Translations under genes and position numbers: made by a program | The notes under the pieces: model-generated | Database searches by the model: none | Seen by the model: the letters and a program-made list of their open reading frames with translations, nothing else | What the model was told of the DNA's origin: nothing | Assembly: GCA_051362555.1 (NCBI GenBank) | Contig: CM120649.1 | Span: 11,966,001 to 12,030,000, forward strand | Reading direction: 5' to 3' | DNA from: Lingula anatina | Taxonomy: Eukaryota > Animalia > Brachiopoda | Length of the DNA: 64,000 bases | Shown here: positions 63,165 through 64,000 of the stretch, piece by piece | Position numbering within the stretch: the first letter of the stretch is position 1 | Layout of the letters: each line of letters starts with the position of its first letter

Positions 63165-64000
63165 CTAGAGAGTCAGATGACTCACTGACACTACAGAATA
63201 CGAGTCATTTTTATGTACAGACACAGATGTGTCTGTACAAATTGCCATCACGTGCGTCTGTCATCGCCGTCCATGTCGCTGTCGCAGTTGCCGTCGCCCT
63301 GCACTTTCAGCATTAACACCATAAGTGGAAGACAGTTTTACTTTTTGGTTTTATATTTACAGAGCTGATGAATATTCATAAAATGCAGTTCAAGTTCGGA
63401 AATCAGCATGATCGGGCCATTATTGTGGAAGTTATGCTGTTTTTTCACTTTTCAGCATATATGCAACACTGTTAACACATTTCAAGGAAAACTGATAGGC
63501 CTGTTGTCATGAAACTCAGGAGTAATCAATCTTACTAAAACGCAGATCAAGTTGGAAAATCAGCATGATCGGGCCATTATTGTAGAAGTTATGCTGTTTT
63601 TTCACTTTTCAGCATATATGCAACACTGTTAACACATTTCAAGGAAAACTGATAGGCCTGTTGTCATGAAACTCAGGAGTAATCAATCTTACTAAAACGC
63701 AGATCAAGTTGGAAAATCAGCATGATCGGGCCACCATTTTAGTAGTTATGCTGTTTTTTCTTTTTTCAGCATATATGCAACACTGTTAACACATTTCAAG
63801 GAAAACAGATAGGCCTGTTGTCATGAAACTCACAAGAGTTATCAATCTTACTAAAACGCAGATCAAGTTCGAAAATCAGCATAATAGGGCCATTATTTTA
63901 TAAGTTATGCTGTTTTTTTACATTTCCTCAGATTCAATTATTAGGCATGTTAACAGTCTCATTATTTAACTAATAAGATACGTAAAAGTGTTTGTTTGAC
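63165..64000. mobile_element. Helentron-type element with ~157-bp tandem array (runs off window)
   Basis: Starts aa|ctagagagtcagatgactc (hairpin); aatcagcat recurs at 63401, 63558, 63715, 63874. Confidence 0.7.

Overview
AT-rich, intron-containing animal genomic DNA; the repeat landscape resembles molluscs or other marine invertebrates, but the species cannot be determined. Host genes were assembled by hand from GT-AG junctions and phase continuity. (1) Two tandem minus-strand paralogues encode CD20/MS4A (TMEM196-like) four-helix membrane proteins, each with an N-terminal CxxC..CxxC zinc-ribbon exon (64-2044, 8018-10453). (2) A plus-strand DHRS11-like SDR starts at 17953 and has competing terminal exons. 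(3) A complete 7-exon FASTKD1-like gene lies on the minus strand (23594-49725), with a head-to-head inverted duplicate on the plus strand (57421 onward). The 18.6-kb intron 2 of the first FASTKD1 copy holds a Helentron-type satellite element, an IS3EU-like TIR element, an L1/Tx1 LINE split by a P-like element, and a near full-length RTE-X-like LINE. That LINE's ORF2 is in frame with ORF1 behind one TAG and has no usable AUG. Many MITEs (5-bp, 3-bp, TTAA and TA target duplications) and microsatellites fill the rest. Family names rest on remembered motifs, not on searches.
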